The translations under genes and the position numbers were made by a program. From Mobula hypostoma (taxonomy: Eukaryota), in NCBI RefSeq assembly GCF_963921235.1, contig NC_086097.1, positions 133,178,001 through 133,242,000 of the forward strand: a stretch of DNA of 64,000 nucleotides, read 5' to 3'. The notes beneath the pieces were generated by a model, which was not told the origin of the DNA, did not search any database, and saw only the letters and a list, made by a program, of their open reading frames with translations. Shown here piece by piece: positions 59,111 through 64,000 of this stretch (its first letter is position 1; the number at the start of each line of letters is the position of its first letter).

Positions 59111-62100
59111 TAGAGTTTTGTTAAGCTTATTCAGTTTTCATAATGAACAGTGTCTCCAATTCTGTGCCCAAGCTCTTTTTCCCAAACACCAACATTCATG
59201 CATCAGTGTGACATAGCATCATGGGCAGACCAAAACAACAAAGTGCTATATATTGGATGCTTTAAGGCTAAAACTATGGCCTGTTTGAGAACCATATCAA
59301 CACGACAGAAGAGGTTGTGCTTCAAAAGAAGCAAGACAAGCTTTTATGAGAAAGGTGCTCGAGAGGTAATGTGTGTGTTTTGGGAAAGAGACACATAGGA
59401 CTGGCAGATGAAAAGATATTTGTTCCTAGTCTTTGAAAGGATATTGAGAGGGAACTTGGCAGTGACCAATCCCACCTTCACATGCTTCATCATATATGAG
59501 CTTGGTTTCAGACTGAAGCCCCACATTACATTTTATACAAACTAGGGTGACTGCTGGCAGACTGCACCCGAACATCTGAATTCAATAATTTCTCCCCTTT
59601 TTCAATATGTGGGCACAAAAATCCCTTGGCAAAAATAGAGACCCGATGATGATATTCATGCTGCCTCAGTGTGGCAGCACAGCCTTTGGACATCGAAGGA
59701 AAAGCCTTCAAACGCCGGTCTTTTGTGAGCAGTGCGATTGGCGGCATTTCCCCAAAGCCTTGAGCTGTATGCTGCAGGCAGTCTAGATCTGCCCGATATC
59801 AGATTCCCAAAGATAACCTATTCCTCCTCTTCTTTGGCCACTACTGCTAATTGTGCCAATTCAGTGTGTCAGAAAGCTTTTTGATTCCGGCCCATAACCT
59901 AGTAATCTCTCATTAGTGTGGTTACCTATTGTTTGAACAAGATCATCTAGAGCTCTACACTGCCACTAGGGAATGTAATTTCAAGCAACTAAGTAAATCT
60001 GGAGTTTAAGAATAGTTGTAGTAAGAGTGACCATGGATTGTTCTAGAAAGCAAACTGGTCCACCAATGTTCTTTAAGGAAAAAAATCTGTCATCCTTAAC
60101 AAGTCTGGCCTATATAATGCAGTTGCCCACTTGAGATGGCCTAGAAAACCATGAGTACCGGGACAGATCATAAATGCTGTTCTTGCTAATTATGTTCGAC
60201 CAGCATGTGTAGGAATAAAAGATGGTGATTAATCTTTAGATCTCAGAGGAGGTGAATTATCTGTTTGTCAATGAGGTGTTTGCTTTGAGAATCTTTCAAT
60301 TAGCATAATTTATTTGAGCTGAGTTCTCTTGCTATCTACTTAATATTGTGAAAGGTGAATTACACGCAACGGCTCAGAATTAAGAGAGTGAACGTAAAAG
60401 GCCTTATGGGTCCCTGTACTCTGACATTGTCCTGTTATGCCTTCAACTCACTACAAGACACAACGGAGCTCTAGTTTGATCAAAACATAATAGAGAACTG
60501 TTAAATTCTACATACATGACTAGCATACTTGTTTGATGGATGGAACATGAGGCCAACTTCTGATTCCTTCAGCCAACAGGTGAGTCCTTGTCTATGTGCC
60601 AGTGATTTCACTCTAGATTTGATATGTCATTGTAGTCCCATTCTAAGTGTTCCTCTGATCATCCCTTCTTCCCTGTAATGTCACCATGTCCCAGCAGGGA
60701 AAGAAGCAATCTCCAAATGGGTGATCAGGTTATATAAGATTGGGGACCAAAGTGGCAGAGCCATTGATTTTTGATCAATCCAATTCCCTTTGTTCAGCAG
60801 GATGTGAGGGAGGAGGGCGATGGTTTGAGTGGAGGTGTGTGAGCTTGGCTCAACTCCCCTCAAATTATTCTCAAGAAGTTGATCAATATTGCTTTGAGCA
60901 AGGTGGGGACGAATACTTTTGTAGACATTGAGTGAGAGTAGCCAGTTCTGTTGTAGTTTAGGAGATATCCCCTTGAAAGAAACAACGTTCTGAACTAGGG
61001 TTTGACGGGGAAGATGCTGACTGACTGTGTGATCCGGAACTGGATACAGAGCAACAAGAACAGAGGTAAGCTAATAATTTCCTGAGGTGAGGGAGGATAT
61101 TCTGTATGAGATTTTCAACTCAAATTCTCTTCAAAGTTTTCAAGGATTGTAGATACTGTTTTTTGAGTGTACTGGAGATGGAAATCAGGGAACCAAATAG
61201 GAAAGTGGGGAAGAGAAACAGGATCAGCTGTATTCTCCCGGGATGATTGAACAGATTCTAGAGAGAGTTCTATTCTGTTCATTTTGTTCTTCTAACTCTG
61301 TTAAAAACATTAACACAATTCATAATATGGAAATCAGTGGAATTTCATGTGGGGCAATAGGAGTTGGTAAGTGATTAAATACTCCATGAATATGACCAGA
61401 AGTTCTGATAATCCTCCATTAATTGCAAAGCTGACACTACAGACATCGTGCCATTATGTACTTGACTTCTGTTTACTTGGAATTAAATTTGATTAAATAA
61501 AGGGAGTGATGGTGCAAGGGAGTCTAGCCATTGCAACATGGAAATGTTATCCTCATTATACAAAATTAATGAAGGGTGGTATTTGAACTCAAATTTTGGA
61601 ACATTTTGGTCTTGTGGATCCAAGTTTTCATTCATTGACTTGCAGTCTATTTTCTGCTATGTAATTTATTGTGGAAATATTCCAGCTCATGCTCCAGAAG
61701 GATGAAGCTTTTTAAAAAAAAAAAATCAAATTGCATTTTCTTTTTTATTTGGTTTTTAAAAAATCATGCATTGGATTACATTCATTCTAAATCAATTGCC
61801 CAAAGCATTTTGCTCCAAAAAAAACTAATTAAATCATGAACAAATGTGATGATATATGGTGCAAAATTACATTGAAATACATTGCCAAAAAATGCCACTA
61901 TGCAAATTTATTTATAATATTTAAAACCAGCAGACCAAGCACTTCTGATGAAGGGTCCCATACCTAAGATATTAACTATTTCTTTCTCCACCTGTGTGCT
62001 TGACCTGCTGAGTATTTCCAGAGTTTTCAATCTTTATTCCTCACTGCCCTAGCCAAACTCCGCTGAAATAGCAGAAGTGGAGAATGTGCCTGAACTTAAA

Positions 62101-62789
62101 AACCCATATAATGATCACTCTTTCACAGATATTTATAAACAAATCCATGATTTGTTAGTCATGTAGTAATGTGCAGAGTGAGTGACAATTGCTCCTGAGT
62201 CAGATGGTTATACACAGAACACTTTTTGCTCAACACTGGACCACAAAACCATTTGCTGATACTCAAGGACAGTACCAAGGGAGTGCTACATGGTAGGAGC
62301 TATCTTCTAACTCACAATTCAAACTATGGACATTTTTATTCTCAGTCAAATGTAAGAAACTCAATGCCATGAATTCAAAAGGCAGAGGTGATCTTGTTAA
62401 TGCCTTGGTCAGCTTGAGTTATCGCTCACTTAACATCAAAAGCATTCGGTTGTTTTTGCTATTTAATGGGATCCTCCTTGCCATTTTCTCCTCCCTGTGA
62501 TGACTACACTTCAAAAGTATGGTGCTCTGCTGTGAAAGTGCTTTAGGACATCCTCAAAGGGACATGGGAGTGACTAGGATTGAGGAATAAGTGTCTGCAA
62601 GTCACTGTTCCCACTCTTCACTCTTCCAAATCCTATCATGGGATCTTTAATGTCCACCCCAACGGATGTGGTCATGGTTTAATGTCATAGAAAAGTACTG
62701 TAGGAAAATGTTACCATAATATCTTTGAGCCGAATCCTGATTGCAAAATGGGCTTGGTATATAGTGAAATGAGTACCGAGTAGATCGTG

Positions 62790-64000
62790 CTACTCAGGAA
62801 AGTTTAAACTAATTTGGCAAGGGGCTGGGAGCCAGAGAACCAGGTCAGAAAGTGGAGGGGTGGAGAGGTAGGTAAATGTCGGAGCCAGTAAAAACAGACA
62901 GGAGCAACGTATAGATAATATGGGGTGGTTAGTTTGAATTGTGTGTATTTTAATGCTAGGAGTATTATGGGTAAATATGAAGAACATAAGAATATGGATC
63001 AGTACATGGAACTATGATGTTGTGGCCGTTACAGACACTTGATTGAGAAAGGGTGTTTAATGTCCCAGTGTTTTGATATTTTAGAAAAGATAGTGTGAGG
63101 TGAGGGAGGTTGGGGGGGTGGGAAGAGAAGAGTTGCACTAATTAGAAATATCATAGCTGCACTCGGATGTAACAGAGGCCATTCCACTGAGTCTGTGTGC
63201 ATAGAACCCAAAAATAGATGCAATGACTCTGTCTGCAGTACAATCCAATCACCCTAATAGCCAACGGGACATTGAGGAACAGACATGCAGGCAGATTAAG
63301 GAAAAATGTAACAAGTGTACAAGCAATAGGTTTGTTATCATGGGGGACTTCAACGTCCTTAATATAAACTGGGGCATTCTTAATGCAAGAGGCTGAGATG
63401 AGGCAGAATTTGTTAGCTGCATCCATGAGGGTTTCTTAAATCAATATGTAAATAGTCCAACAAGAGGAGAGGCAGTACCAGATCTGGTGTTGGCCAGGTG
63501 ACCAACTTTTCAGTGGATGAGCAGTTGGAGAACAGTGACCACAACTCATTAAGTTTTAAGATAGGATGAGATGAGTATGGACCCTTGTGGGAGAGTATTA
63601 AATTTGAGTAGGAAAAATTATAAGAGCATTAGGCAGGAACTAGGGAGAACTAATTGGGAACAGCTGTTTTGGGCAAGTCCTCATCCAACAGATTTAAAGG
63701 CCAACTGCACAGACTAGAGGATGGGTGTGTTTCAGTCAGAAGGAAGGACAAAGATGGCAAAGTAAGAGAATCTTAGATGTTGAGAGAGGTGAGGAATTTA
63801 GTCAACAAGACAAAGCAGAATTATGTAAAGCTGAGGAAGGTAGAATCAAACAGTCATTGAGGATTATAAAAAAAAACCCAGAAACAAACTCAAGAAGAGA
63901 ATTTGGAAAGCCAGGAGGGGCTCTGAAAAGTCATTGGGAAATAGGATTGAAGACAATCCCAAAGAAGCCTCAGCATCACGTCCTTACTCTTATATTCTAG
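62790..64000 (+). mobile_element. CR1 LINE (end of ORF1, APE endonuclease region of ORF2), degraded, runs off the window
   Basis: CVYFNARSIMGK, YDVVAVTDT, MGDFN and SDHN, colinear with 35430-36600. Confidence 0.9.

Noticed and set aside
60560..61060. Possible old minus-strand LINE endonuclease remnant
   Set aside because: Too degenerate to assign without a profile search.
52285..64000. Next classic MBP coding exon (expected to contain a VVHFFKN-like motif)
   Set aside because: Not found by eye in any + frame. It probably lies beyond the window, though a small alternative exon could have been missed.
1..64000. CRISPR arrays, rRNA genes, prokaryotic operons
   Set aside because: No regularly spaced repeats or rRNA-like sequence were seen. 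The window is eukaryotic, mostly intronic DNA.

Overview
Vertebrate nuclear DNA, very probably from a cartilaginous fish (ray/skate-like). This call rests on the MBP N-terminus and the repeat content. The window covers the middle of the Golli-MBP (myelin basic protein) locus on the + strand. It holds a 70-nt Golli exon (1357-1426, ending ...SEDNEVF), an intron of about 50.4 kb, and the shared Golli/classic-MBP exon (51812-52266). That exon contains the [25 protein letters not shown] block, the embedded classic MBP promoter and the MBP N-terminus. Read-through past the donor encodes VSSEG*, matching the mammalian BG21/HOG5 isoform end. I found no further MBP exon in the last 11.7 kb. Most other sequence is degraded mobile DNA: CR1 LINEs (one near full-length with a nested Rex1/Babar LINE), Penelope-like elements (PLEs) with decayed minimal hammerhead ribozyme motifs and fold-back derivatives, tRNA-derived and Deu-type SINEs, and hAT MITEs. 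Almost all ORFs in the supplied track are TE fragments or noise. Comparisons to mammalian and skate MBP are from memory, not from a search, and TE boundaries are approximate.
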